In this document: positions 1-13,400 of the stretch, in pieces
How positions within the stretch are numbered: position 1 is the first letter of the stretch
How the letters are laid out: each line of letters opens with the position of its first letter
Assembly: GCA_044892525.1 (NCBI GenBank)
Contig: CM097885.1
Span: 187,426,001 to 187,490,000 of the forward strand
Reading direction: 5' to 3'
Source: Schmidtea polychroa
Taxonomy: Eukaryota
Length of the DNA: 64,000 nucleotides
The notes under the pieces: generated by a model
What the model saw: only the letters and a program-made list of their open reading frames with translations
Told to the model about the DNA's origin: nothing
Database searches by the model: none
Translations under genes and position numbers: made by a program

Positions 1-16
1 GATCGTCACCCATATC

Positions 17-364
17 TTGAGTAGTGACTCTCTCGTTAACGTTTCTCCAGAATCTGTACCTACCGAACTTCCTCTTGTTCCATCGACGGTCCAGCCATAT
101 AGTCCAGCCAAACCCAATCCGAGGAAAAGAAAACGACCCACTCGGGCCGAACGAACTCAGAGACGACGAAACGAAATGGCTGCTCTAGAAGCCTCGTTTT
201 TTGCAACTCAAGAGGCATGTGCCAAGATGTCTAACGGAAATGCTACCGTCTCAGTCACTCCAAACCCTTATCGAATGATCCCTTCAACCGCATTTACCTA
301 CCAGCATGATCTCAATCTGCAAGTGGATATTGACGCAATGCTGACCAAAGAGGAAATAATGTGA
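17..364 (+). CDS. C-terminal part of an unidentified ORF (Pro/Ser-rich, basic RKRKR/RRR patch, acidic tail), cut by the window edge; host gene or mobile-element ORF
   Basis: 115 open codons in a segment clearly more GC-rich than its surroundings. No family recognised. Confidence 0.4.
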   Translation: MSSDSLVNVSPESVPTELPLVPSTVQPYSPAKPNPRKRKRPTRAERTQRRRNEMAALEASFFATQEACAKMSNGNATVSVTPNPYRMIPSTAFTYQHDLNLQVDIDAMLTKEEIM

Positions 365-672
365 ATAGGCCAAATGTCGTATATATGTGGTAAAGCCATC
401 TTGCGTGTTTGTATTTGACAATTAGGTTCATCTCGGTGGTAGACATTTAATATGCAGAATCGTGCTTGATTTAATGACATCGCTTTGTATTATACTTAGA
501 ATTGAATTCACTAAAGATCTTGTGTTTATACTTGTAAGTATGCGTTTGATTGTGAAGTGTAATTTTCTTTGATGCCTATTAACGTTCCGGTGATTGGAGA
601 AACTATGAGTCGGCTCAATGGACCAGAGTCAGACATAGCTCAGACATAGGTTAAAAATGCTAGTCTGATGCC

Positions 673-1295
673 TACGGTAGCCAGATATCCGCTTTTGAAC
701 CAGACAGTCCGTTAATTCAGCTACTTTTCCGGTAGGGAAAAAATTAAAAGGACCGGACGTACATTTGTCCGGTATGTCTCCTAATGCTTTGAACATTTTG
801 AAATTCAAATTTTTTATACCGCAGTAGGCAATGGAAAATTTTATTTTATAAAAATTGTAGTTTAATAGAAAATGCAAAGTATTAAAGTATTATTTAAAGT
901 TTTCTTTAAATAAATTAATCTAAAGTTTGAATTATTAAGTGAAAAATTAAATATTAAATTTGTTTTTTTATAACAATCAACTTTGTCTGTATAACTTTAA
1001 TAGCCAAATAATTTTAAATTAATTTCAAGTAATTCTAGCTAATAAATGAGTGAGGTAGAAGATGGTTCCACAACAAAGAGAAGAAAGTGCAATTACAATA
1101 CAGAATGGCAAAAAAATATACTTGGTCAGCGAGGGCTATGTTGGAATTGAAAGATCCAACAGCAAAGCAAGATGCAAACTGTGTAATATAACATTTACTT
1201 TTATGTATGATGGCATTAAAGCTCTAACTCAACACGCAAACTCAAAAAACATATTGAAGCTGAAACTGGGGCAGCTTCTTCTCAACGATTATAAT
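673..1295 (+). mobile_element. 5' end of a hAT (Blackjack-like) DNA transposon with a BED zinc-finger remnant
   Basis: TACGGTAGCCAGATATCC at 673 resembles the TAGGGTTGCCAGAT-type hAT terminus. ORF 1062-1301 carries SKARCKLCNITF...ALTQHANSK (C2H2 BED pattern) and is cut at 1296 by another repeat. Confidence 0.55.
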
Positions 1296-1670
1296 TGTTG
1301 AGGTCTCATTATTTGAAAACCCCAACTTACTGGTTCTTATATAAATAAATCAAACAATTAAACTGACTACTAAAATTTATTTAAAATCAAATTCACCTTT
1401 TTAAGATGTACAATTAGATTCAATTTTCCAACTTTCGAAATCAACTGATCTACAATAGTTGCGGGTTATGTTTCTGTTAATATGTTGTGTCGTGCGTGTT
1501 ATGTATTATTTACTGCTACCCTTTAAAAATTTTGTGAAACGTTTTGTTCTGTTTCTGTTTTAAATTATTCTCCGGATTACCCTTCGAATAGTCAAGATGC
1601 TAATAGTGATTAAACTAATTTTGCGGGTTACTTATATACTAAACTTTTCATGCATAATTAATTAATTTTA
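1296..1670. repeat. Dispersed repeat family B (starts TGTTGAGG), solo-LTR-like
   Basis: Diverged second copy at 54236-54625 with the same start (tgttgaggtctca.tattt..aaaccc.aacttactggttcttat). The 3' boundary is approximate. Confidence 0.6.
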
Positions 1671-1889
1671 TTTATTCTAGTCTCGTTAGACTATCATTTT
1701 AATATTGAAATTTAATATAATTCATTTTAAACTTGTTAGATTATCATCATTGGAATTTGAAATAAAATTAACTTTTAAATTAGGTTAAATACTTAATTAA
1801 CGTTGACATTAAAAATTATTAATACTTAAATTATTTTTATATTAAATTAATTTCTTTTTAAATACCCTTTATTTTTTATTTATTTTTTT

Positions 1890-3818
1890 TGTGTTACTTA
1901 AATAAAATTCACTGCAATATTTTTCAATTGCACTTGATGAGAATACAGACTTAAATGGCATTGCTCAGCTGGCAGTATTTGTGCGAGGAGTGACTTCGAG
2001 TTTCCATATTTTTGAAGAATTTATTCAGTTAATTTATTTGAAGGATACAGTTACTGGAGCAGACATCTTTGAAGTAGTGCTTAATATGATGTCCAAAATG
2101 AACTTAGATATTTCTAAACTAATTGACATCATAACTGATGGAGCACCGAGAATGGTGGGAAAGAAAAAAGGGTTTGTTGAACTATTGGAGGAACACATGG
2201 AAAATCTTGGAATTCCACAGAAGCTGCTGAAAATTTATTGCATTATTCATCAAGAAGCTTTATGTGCCAAATCTTGGAAACTAAAGAACGTAATGGACAC
2301 TGTTGTGAAAGTTGTTAATTTGATTTTATCTCGTGGATTAAATCATCGCCAATTTAGGCAATTTTTGGTAGATACAGAAGCTAAATATGGATACCTAGTC
2401 TATTTTTCCAATGTTCGCTGACTAAGCAGAGGTTCAATACTCAAAAGAATATTAAAATTACATAATGGAATTGTAATTTCCCTTCAAAGCAAATCGGTGG
2501 ATGCATCAAATTTTCTGATCCCGGTTGGATTGCATCTTTGGTGTTTCTTGTGGACATTTGGTGTCATTAAAATAACTTGAATTTACACTTGCAAGTTAAA
2601 CCTCAGTTTATAAATAAAATAATTGTTCATATTCATGCATTTAAAAGAAAACTAGTTTCCTCTAACTGACGACTTTCTTAGTTATTGTTCTCTAATTAGA
2701 TATTTCTGTTGACTCTTTTAGTAATTCCTCTTCTTGTGTTGACCCTCGTTCATCAGACTGTTTAACTAATTGCCCTCTAAATTCTCAGTTTGTTCATTCT
2801 TCCTAATTGCCGTGCTCGGGTTTTCTTCATCGCTCGGTTTCTCCATTGGATCGGATTTTCCATTTCCCCGAGTTTTCCATTAGCCAATTATTAATTAATT
2901 AATACTTTGTTTTTTTTTCCATATTTGCATGTTTTCGACTCTTTCTAAACAGTTTCTAACAGTTTCTTGCCCACTGTCTTCTTCACCTTTCTCTAATGTA
3001 CGTCTCTCCCGTTTTCAGCTTCAATTTCAATAACATTTCACTTTATCCCAATTCCTCCGATTTGCGCATTTTTCCATTTCGTGTCTTTTTCTCTTTTTAT
3101 AGTTCTGTTTTCGTCATCTTCTTTGCTATTACTTCTCTGCTTGATCGCCATTCTCTTTCATTCAATTTCGTTTTTCTTTTTACTCGAAACTATTCAATTT
3201 AACATAATTTAATTTTCCACACTCACTTTAGAATAATTTACTTTTACAACCTCAACAGTATCAGAATGCTTTTAAATGGATTCAGATGTAATGTGACGTT
3301 TTATTAAAATTAAAATTTCACTCCGACGAGGTTTCATTGATTGATTTTTATACAAAATACGTTTATTCTAATGGGAAATATCCTAACCTAGTGAACCACG
3401 CAAAAAGGATAACATCTTTGTTTAGAAGTATTTACCAATGTGAGCAATTATTTTCAAATTTTAATTATACTAAAAACAATTTGAGAATAATGTTTTTGTT
3501 GTTGGCATCGACAGGCATTACATCCAATATTGAAAAACATTTAGGTGACAAAGATCATCACGCTTCTCATTAATTATTCAAATTTTGGAATTTTGAATAC
3601 AAAAGAATTTTAAAATACATTGTTTTTGTCAACTTTCTTGCTTATATGTAGAACTAAAATAGTTTTAAGAATCTTCATTATTTTATTGCTTTTAAGCAAT
3701 TTCAAAAAATACTTTTTTATAAACTTTTTCATGTAATATTTTTAAGAACCCCTCCGGCCCGGCACTCTCTCAAAAAACGCAATCCGGCTTCACATAGCCA
3801 AAATGTTGCCGATCACTG
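1890..3818 (+). pseudogene. Degenerate hAT transposase (Buster/SPIN, GTF2IRD2-like) with its 3' terminus, interrupted at about 2652-3257
   Basis: FSIALDE.TD, TDGAPRMVG, CIIHQEALC, LNHRQF and R*LSRG motifs (1910-2450). C-terminal YQCEQLFS at about 3430. The end ...gttgccgatcactg at 3818 is a CAGTG-type hAT TIR. Confidence 0.85.
2652..3257. repeat. 5'-truncated copy of repeat family A (solo-LTR-like, ends CTCAACA) nested in the Buster transposase
   Basis: Collinear similarity with about 24550-25100 and 62560-62845. Shares the ...tttacttttacaa.ctcaaca end with the 24116-25100 copy. Confidence 0.75.
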
Positions 3819-4477
3819 ATCTATTCCAACAGTACATTATAAATTAGAGACAAAATCATGCAACGAAATTTAATTGTAAAATTAGGAGAATCAGCTCGGA
3901 TACTCTAACATTCATAGCAAACGCAATTTTTGTTAATATGACGCATGAATAATATGTACATTGTGCATTATTTACATTTTTAGTGCGTGTCACATAAAGC
4001 GTTAGGAACTTTTACACTTTATAAATATTTAAAAATACGTTATTTTAAGATTTATGAATGCTTTAATTTCCAATTTTAATTCATGTCACGCAAAATTTAT
4101 CAATACTTAACAATAAGTTAATTTTAATATTGATTTTTAAAAATTCAGAAAAATTTAGAAATTTTTAAAATAATTAAAAGTAACAAGTTGTCTTTTAAAA
4201 TTTTAGTAAAATATCAAATAAAATTCTATATTTTGTTTATATATACCGATCATATAAGTGAACTCAAATTGGTCTTGAATTTTAACCTTTATTCTTTAAA
4301 TTATTTTCTTGAGAATGTAAGACCTTTTTTATTGAATATTTTTTTCTTGAATAATTAAAAATACTATTAAGAATAATTTCCTGGTCTCATTTTGTTTTTT
4401 CTATTAATATTTTCTATGATCAATAAAATCTACAGTTTATTATTTTTAGTTATAAAATTTATTATTCTAGAGGTTTC

Positions 4478-7400
4478 ATGAATAATATACACAGTTATCA
4501 AGACAAAATCGATTTGCCTGATAGTGGAGGATTGAGGCATGTAGAAAACTATAGTGGAAGTACGAGTTCGGCGTATGACGAAGTTAGTCCACATATGCAC
4601 AATAGTACTCCAGGTAGTAGTGAGAGCATATATGAAAAGCACAATCAATCTAATGTTTCATCTAAAAAATCAAAAAATTCAAACTTATCAAATGATGACA
4701 ATTTAAATTTAACTGTCGATGCACTGGAAAAAACTTTAACGTAAATCTTTACACAGAAAAAGTTATTGTGATTTTCATTAATTTACAGAGAAGATAAATC
4801 CACCAAAGTTAAAGAAATTATATCACAAATTTTGAATTTATCTGACACTGAGAAATTATTGATACAACTCCAATTTCCAATGACAGAATCCGACAATGGA
4901 ACTTTTGATTCATCGATGAATATTGGTTTTAACAATATTGATATACTGGGAAATAGTACGATAGTTGAGCAAGAAGAAGCATCAAAGTGGGTTTTGTCTC
5001 ATTTAGAAGAAAATAAATCTACTTGTTTACAAAAACAAGAAGTCTATGAAGATTACAAGTAAAACGATTTTTTTTGTTTTCAATTAAGTAGTTATAAAAT
5101 TTTTAATTTATAAATATCGGTTTATAATTTTATAAATGTAAGTTTAATTGGAATTTATAATTATATTAACTCTTTCGTATTTAATCTTTATTTGATAACA
5201 ACATATAAATGCCAACTGTCAAATTTATCATTGATGCTGATTATTAATTGATAAATTGTGGGATTTTGTACTTACCAGGAAATTCAATAGGTAAATAAGT
5301 TGAAAATACCTGAATGGTAAGCTATCAAATTATAATTAACGGCCGATAAAGTGATTCCAATTCATTGATATAGATTGGTTTTTAATCGGAATTAAAGTGA
5401 TAAAAATTCTCATAAAAGAGGCGAGGGGGTACGAGAATCAATTAATTATCTGAAGCGATTTTAATCGATTTGATCCAGTTTAAATTGACATGTGGCTATA
5501 AAATGATAAATTTAGCTTGAATACTACGAGAATTTTCATTTTGAAACCTCGTACACCTCGTCAAATGAGGTAATAACTTCATTATTAGAGTACTTCAAAT
5601 TTGGACAGTCAATGATCTGGAACGATTTTTATCCAGTTTAAATTGTCCTAATGCTCTAAAATTGTGGGGGAAATGGGCTATAAATCATTATGAGGGGTTC
5701 TCAAATTCTTGAATACGATTTTCACCGGATTTGACAAGTAAGATACGACTATAAAATTGAAATTGACTGGTCAATTGCATATGGGGTTATGTGGTGATAT
5801 ATGATGCTAGGCAGTTCACAGGGTAACCATTTAATCAATATAGCATGAATTGTTCGATTTATACTTCATTTTTCCAGACTGAACACCCACCGTTGGTCTC
5901 CATATATTTCTCTGAACCCTCCATTACCCATACTGTTAATATTCTATTTAGTGCTTTCAGAGGACATTTTTGAGGTTTATTTTGTCATTTCCCATAAAGG
6001 AAAACTCAATTATAAAAACTCGTGTTTTAATTGGTCTATATCTATATCTAATCAACAAGCATTATATTTATAATTATAGTTATTATCCATGGAATACCTT
6101 AATTAACACACGAAAATCTTTTTTTAATATTACCCATCCTTTCTCTCTGTCACCCCTTATTGGTTATTTTGTCTTTATATTGTGCCGTGAAAGATAATTT
6201 TTAATGTTTTCCTAAAGTTTTCTCAATAATTTAGTGATTTCCCTTAAATATATATTCAATTATAAAAACTCGGGGTTTAATTGGTCTATATCCATTTAAT
6301 AAAGAAGCATTATATTTATAATTATAGTTATTATCCATGGAATACCTTAATTAACACACGAAAATCTTTTTTTAATATTACCCATCCTTTCTCTCTATGT
6401 CACCCCTTATTGGCTATTTTGTCCTTATATTGTGCCGTGAAAGCTAATTTTTAAACTTTTCCTAAAATTTTCTCTATAATTTAGTGATTTCCCGTTACGA
6501 TATTCTCAATTATAAAAACTCAGGGTTTAATTGGTCTATATTCGTCTAATCAACAGCTGTAATTAAATATATTATCTATAATTATCAGTCTCAACTGTTA
6601 AATTATTCATATAAATTTCATTAACGCATGAAAATTCTCACATTTTATGTGCTTTACTTGTTTTTATCATAAAAGGTCTAGAACTCATTCGGTATTTTTA
6701 AAGTGACCGGTTTGTCTTAGGAGTGCGTATTGAACACGCTGGAATATGAAACGACTAGAAATTTCCGCATGGAATTATAATGGAATCATAAATGATTCTA
6801 TTTGATACCTTTTTGTGTACATCAAAAATAAAATATAATTATTAAAAAATCTTTCCTGTTTCTCATTTAAGATTCTCTGTTTCTTAATCTATTCATAGTT
6901 ATTTACAATTGCATAATCGTAATATTTGCTGAACGATCATAGAAATTGAACAAATCAGCACAACTGTCAATAATGCTATTTTGTCATTAGAAATGAAATT
7001 TGAATATAACACGTAATCGGTTTGTAGATCATATTGTATGACGTATAACATCAAATGTTTGAGCACAGCCGATTTTGGAAAGGTAATGAAAAAGAATTTC
7101 CCAAACATCAAAGCCCGTAGATTGGGAGCAAGAGGACAATCAAGGTTGATAATAATTACTACTAGAATAACATTAGGATCTTAATTTGGAATTCTAAGGT
7201 ATTGTTATTCTGGATTGAGAAATCGACAAGAAACCCAATCACCGGCATTGAAAGATATCGGTATGGTGCTTGAAGGCAACGACACTACCGATGAATATCG
7301 AAAACGAGACAATGTTGCTAACAGTGAAGTCGAATCTTATTCATCCACATCAGTGTTGAATAATGATTTATCGAATGTTCCAGAATACGAGCTCAGTCCG

Positions 7401-10400
7401 AATATTTTAATCGATTCCGCACTTGTTATCATTGAATTTATTAAACAAGTTGCAATGAATAAAAACATAATGAGTGTGAAGCAAGCCGTTAAGCATTTAT
7501 TGTCCAATAGTCTAGTCGATATGCGTTCACCACATGCTTTGAGATTGTGCTCGATTTTCCAAGTTGACGGTCAAAAGCTCTATCCAATAAATAAATGTAA
7601 GAATGCTACTGAATTAACAAATTAAACGTCAGCTATATCTTATTAAATTAATTTCCCTAATCTTTAATTTATCTATTTCATAATAAATCTTATTCATAAT
7701 CCAATAATAATTTAGGAATCGATTTATTTATTAATTATATACTTATATCGATGCATTAAAAAAATAATAGACAGATAATAATTTATGAATCGATTTATTA
7801 ATTAGTAATTTATTTTTATTATTATTATTATGTGCGTGCATATGAATTACTTTGTCAATGAAACAAAAAGCGGTACCAAAATCAAATTATTCATCCAATG
7901 TTCCTAGCGTGCTATAATGACCTAGATATTACTCAGAACGAACTGTCATATTATTTGAATCTGTAGAAGCACGTGTATCCATCCTTCCATTAAAATTACA
8001 TAATCACATAAACCACTGGAGCTTTACATGACTCTTCAATCACACATATGCACCTCGTCTGGAAATTTAGGAATATACAATCTCTACTCCACCGAAGGTC
8101 TTTCTCTATATCATGCGTTAGATATAAATCTATTACATAACCTTTATCAATTACACAATAATTATAAATTTTGAGATTTGAACAAATAATGCAACAGGTT
8201 TCTCAGTTGTTAAAAATAACTTTGTCCCAGCGTACAATACAAATAGCTACATTTATTTCTCTTCTGTCGCCATATACATGATTTACAGTTGCGTATTGCA
8301 CAATATTTGAGGATTTATTGATTGCCTTGATGATTTTTTATCGATATTTTTCCATCATTATAATTCCGGGGTATGATTATATAGAAATCGCCACGTAAGC
8401 CGTGTTTCACTAATCTCCCTCAATGTCATATCGATTAAAGTTTTACTTAAAACAAAATGGATAATTTATTGTATTTCAATATTAAATTTTCTAGTTCTAA
8501 AAATCAATATGTAAAATAATTGATTATTGATAAAAATTCACCACAAAGTAAATAATAGCTATGAAATTCAGTAAAAACACTTTCTTTGCTTCCAAACTAT
8601 CAATTATTGTTTATTTCTGGTTAACACTTTGGAATAGAGAAATTCATTTGTTAAGTGAAATTTCGTAAAAAAATGCTTTTATCTTACACCATATTTTTTC
8701 CTATACTATTTAAGCACCCATTGTTAGATCCAATAAAGATTCTTGGCATCATTTGAATTATATATATGAATTTTGAAACATTAGAAATGCTTGAAATTTT
8801 GAAGTACTGCTCTTGTTGTCTAGAAATGGCATTAAGTGATTTGTTACTCTCTTTCTCCAGCTTCTTTTAGATGAAAAAGCTTATAGCTTTTTATTGATTA
8901 TTTTATTTTTATATATTTTAAAGTCAAAATTTAGGCAAAAATTTTAGTGCAAAAATAGGAATTCAAGTATTGATTTAAATGTGTAATGATTGATTTTAAA
9001 ATGCAAATATTGATTTAAAAGTGAGTTTTTTACTCTTTGTTTTATTTCACTGTAGCGGGAGTTTGAGATTTTCAAAATATTATTTCGACTAAAATATAGA
9101 GGATTACGTCACATATATCTTTGATGACCACAACATTTGTGTATCTCTTCAAGATTTTTCTGGCGAAAAATTTAATTTTTTCAAAGTGAAAAACTTGACT
9201 AGAAAAAGAATCTTTGAGATATTTGGAAATATTCTTTTTGTATAATATGGAGAGCTACAACTTTACTGGCCACGACTTGTTCAAATATTTATTGGAAAAT
9301 AGTCAAAAATACAAAAAAAAGAAATATTTTGTACCTTAAATGGCGCTAGGTTCCGAAATCCTATCATGCAAATGATTTAAAATTTTCCTTTGTAAAATGT
9401 TTGCAAACGAATGTTAAAATCACGTTCGAAACTCAGTATAATTTTAAATTTTGTAGTTCCAAAGGAACAATCGGAATCGTTCAGATAGTCGTTATGTTAA
9501 TAGTTCTTCCTGAATGTTATGTTTCTTTCAGTTCATATTTACCTTTAAAACATTCTTTAATCCATTAAAAGTTTAGAATAGAACTTAGTGATTTACTTTC
9601 CTACTATTCCTTTCGATGTTTGTTCGAATGCAAACAATTTACCTGGGAAAATGCTTTTTTGATCCACTCGTATGTATTACGCCCGTAAATCGAAAAACAG
9701 TTAATTAATTCGAGATAATTGTTTAGTTATTAAGCTTAGTGTTGTTTTTTATACTAAGTAAAATACCGATCATTATCTCTTTCTTAATTCGTTTAGATTC
9801 CACAGATCAAGTCTTTAATTCCATTAAAAAAGAAGAGACTCTTGTTAGTCCATGTAGTAAGCATAGAACTTTTGTCAATTTTCATCTTTTAAGATATTAA
9901 ATAATGTATTGAAATTTTAATACTAAAATACAGGCGTTACACCTCAAAGATCATCTACAACTAGTCCTCAGAATCAAAAACGTCGTGATATGTTTAGTTC
10001 GCCAGTACCAAATAAAATGGTATATTGTGATTTACCAAAACCCCAGTCAGATAACTCTCCTATTAACACATCTCAAACCATAAACAATTCCAGATCTAAT
10101 TACACATATAATCAGCCGCCATATTTTCATTTGCATCCGAACATGGTACCGATGCCTCATTCAATGCCTTTGAACCCAATGAGATCTGACTTATCTCCTG
10201 CATCGAGTCTCAGTAACGGGGCTCAGCATAAGTCTTTTGTTCATTCAACCCCAGTTAAAAATTTATCTAATGTAAGTTTAGTTCTTTCATTTATAATGTT
10301 TATTTATTTTAATCAATAATACAGTGCAATTTTTTAAAATTTAGGATAATAATACATTTTATTGATGTATTTTAATCAATAATATATTCTATATTTAATC

Positions 10401-13400
10401 AATATAAATTTTAAGGATTTCGGTTAATAGTCAATGTAAATTAATTTTTTTCCCACAAATTTGATTGGCTATTAACATTATTTTATTGAAATCAATTTTG
10501 ATTGGCTATGGAAGTAATAATATAAAGATAATTCATGTTAAACGCGATTCAAAATCGATAAAAAGTTAATATATAATCAAAAATTAAGTGAAAATCACTT
10601 TTTAATTGATTTAATATTATAATGAAAGCTTGATAATAACCATGATAATAATCGATTGGAAATTTATTCAATTATTTTAAAAAATTTCCCAGCTATACTC
10701 GAATATTATGATGTTTTAATTTCAATATTAAATAAATACACAAATTGAAGTTTTTATTATGTATTTATCTCTGCTTATTAAATAATTTTTTTTCGATTTT
10801 AAAACAATTATTGGAAAAACTGTCAATAATTATGAATTTATCTTTGCTTATAAAATTGATTTTTTTCGATTTTAAAACAAATATTGGAAAAACTGTGTAT
10901 TATATTGATTTTTTTCGAATTAAAATAATTATTGGAAAAACTGTCAATAATTATGAATTTATCTGCTTATTAAATAAATTTTTTCGATTTTAAAACAAAT
11001 ATTGGGAAAACTGTCAATGAAACTTTTTTTTCAAATTGTTCATAATAACCAAAATATATTCAAATTGAAATCAAATTCATCTTAGATCAATTGAACACTT
11101 TCTATATAAACGGTGTTCGCATTATGTACATTATAATTTTGGAAACTAAATATATTTAATAAATCCTCTCGCTTAAACACAATATCACACAAACTTACCA
11201 AAAATAAAATTCAATTCATTTAAAGAATAATTCAATAATTTCGATTCATTTAACAAAGTGAATATTAAAAGAGAATTAACGCCAATAAATTGTTTATTAT
11301 GCCAGTTGTAAAAATGCAAATTGATCTGATAATAATTGCCAGCTGCATTTTATTTATATATAAATCTTATATTTATTAAAAGTAGACGGAATATTGACAT
11401 TATTATTGAATAAAAAGTACTAATAAATGATTTATTGGAAAAAATTATTGCCTTTTCTGTTTTTAATTCTTGTTCTAAATTTTGATATTAATTTTCATTC
11501 GCACAATAATTAAATCTTTTCATCGTATTTGCGGTTTAAAATGATTTTCTGCATATTAATTTGTCAACATTGTGCTTGGTATATCTCAGTTCTCATTTTT
11601 AAAAAATGTAAACACTTAAAACATTGCTAACTCATATAATAATAAAAGATCATCAAATCTATCATAGTCTAAAAAATGAAAAATAAGAAAATCCAATAAA
11701 AGGTATACTGCTACAAAGAGAGTAGTTATGCATCCTTTCAATCCTTTCCACATGGAATTTCAATATATCCATTCAGGCCGCGAACTTCATTATCTTGCTA
11801 TTTAATATTTTCCTATTTTACCGTCTTTTTGGAACAAGTCTCACGTACCATATTACTATAGTATTCAATCTTTACACCATCACTCACAAAATCTTTATTC
11901 ACATTGTTGTTTATTGCAAATATTATCTTTATATCATTGACCTTGAAAATTATATGTAATCAGATTTGTTACTTATATTCGATAGGAATGTTGTGCTAAT
12001 TATACTATTTACAATGAAGGCCCTTTCGGATTCTACCTTACTTAAAATATGTTTCATTTCTTTACTATATTCTCTTCTAATATCTTGTTTCTGAAAAGTT
12101 ATTAAGTGTTGAATGGTCTTTGAATGGTTCGATAGTTTTTGAGTCTTTTTAAGTTTTGCTTATGAATATTTTTATGATTTCAAATATTTTTTTTATAAAT
12201 TCCAATGTTTCACGTTAAATTTTGATTGTTCTCTTACTCACAGTCAGAAAAATCAATTTTATTTATCTTTAATTTCAGCTAGAAATACCACATCTGAATA
12301 GTCCATTATTGGAAAATAATCCGCAAACCAGCAAAAAATTAGAATTACAAAAGTTCTATGCAAATATAAATAATAACAACAATAATAATAATAATAATAA
12401 TAATTCATCAAATTTGACCGGTCTACAAGAAAAAAGTCCCTATTACAATCAATATGATCGGTCAAGGTTGTATACATCCTCTACATATGGAAATCAAGAA
12501 TCGAGAAGAGTTAGTAACACAATGTCTGTCTGAAATTTTTAACAATCCAATCTTTCAGCCTTCCAATCCTGATTATCGTCCTTTAATTTATGATCGAAAT
12601 ACTGACAGTCCGATCGGTCAGAATCTGTGAGATATTTACTCATATTTTATTCAATTTAATGGCTAACTAATGTTTTCAGTAATTTCACCCACAGCCCTAT
12701 TGAAGAAATAGAAGATATAGACGTGAGTAGAGTTTTATTTATTAGCCATTTAATAATTTACTATTTAATAAATATTATTTATTCCTTCCGAAATTTTAAG
12801 AAATGTATAATTCAAACGAATAATTAAATTAATTTATATATATATATATATCTCAATTTATGAATCGATTTATTTATTAATATTATTTTTATAATTGATT
12901 ACATTATGGAATAGATAGATAGATTAAAGATTAATGAAATTAGTATTTGAATATTTGTGAATGAAATAAAAGTTTCAACATACAAAGAAATGTAGATAAT
13001 GTCCAAACAGTATCAATGTGATCACTATTTTGAAACAGCCAGTTTCATAAAGTAATATTTCAATCAGATAAAGATTTTGGCACATGAGACAGATTCTGTA
13101 GAATCTCAATTGTAAAAGATTGTTAAGTTAAAATTGCGATAGTAAAAAAAATAGTCAGAAAATAGGCAGACTAGAAACTTATCGGGTAATAATAGTCATG
13201 TGAATGTGTCGGGCAAACAATCGTTATTATTGAATTGAGTTCATGTCGGGTTTTAAGGAGCACTTCAAGTTTATTGTAAGGGTTATGATAAGGATGAGAT
13301 AAGAATCAAAAGGTAGAATTGCCAGATAAATCTGAATAGGTAATATCACCAGTCATAATTTTATCTAACATTAATAATCGTATTTTCTACTTTATTCGTT

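Noticed and set aside
2740-2760. Minus-strand CTGATGA in repeat family A as a hammerhead core
   Set aside because: The other two copies read CTGATAA and no stem II is evident.
8815-8835. GTTGTCTAGAAAT as an autoregulatory RFX X-box in the RFX intron
   Set aside because: Imperfect match, expected by chance in 64 kb, with no conservation data.
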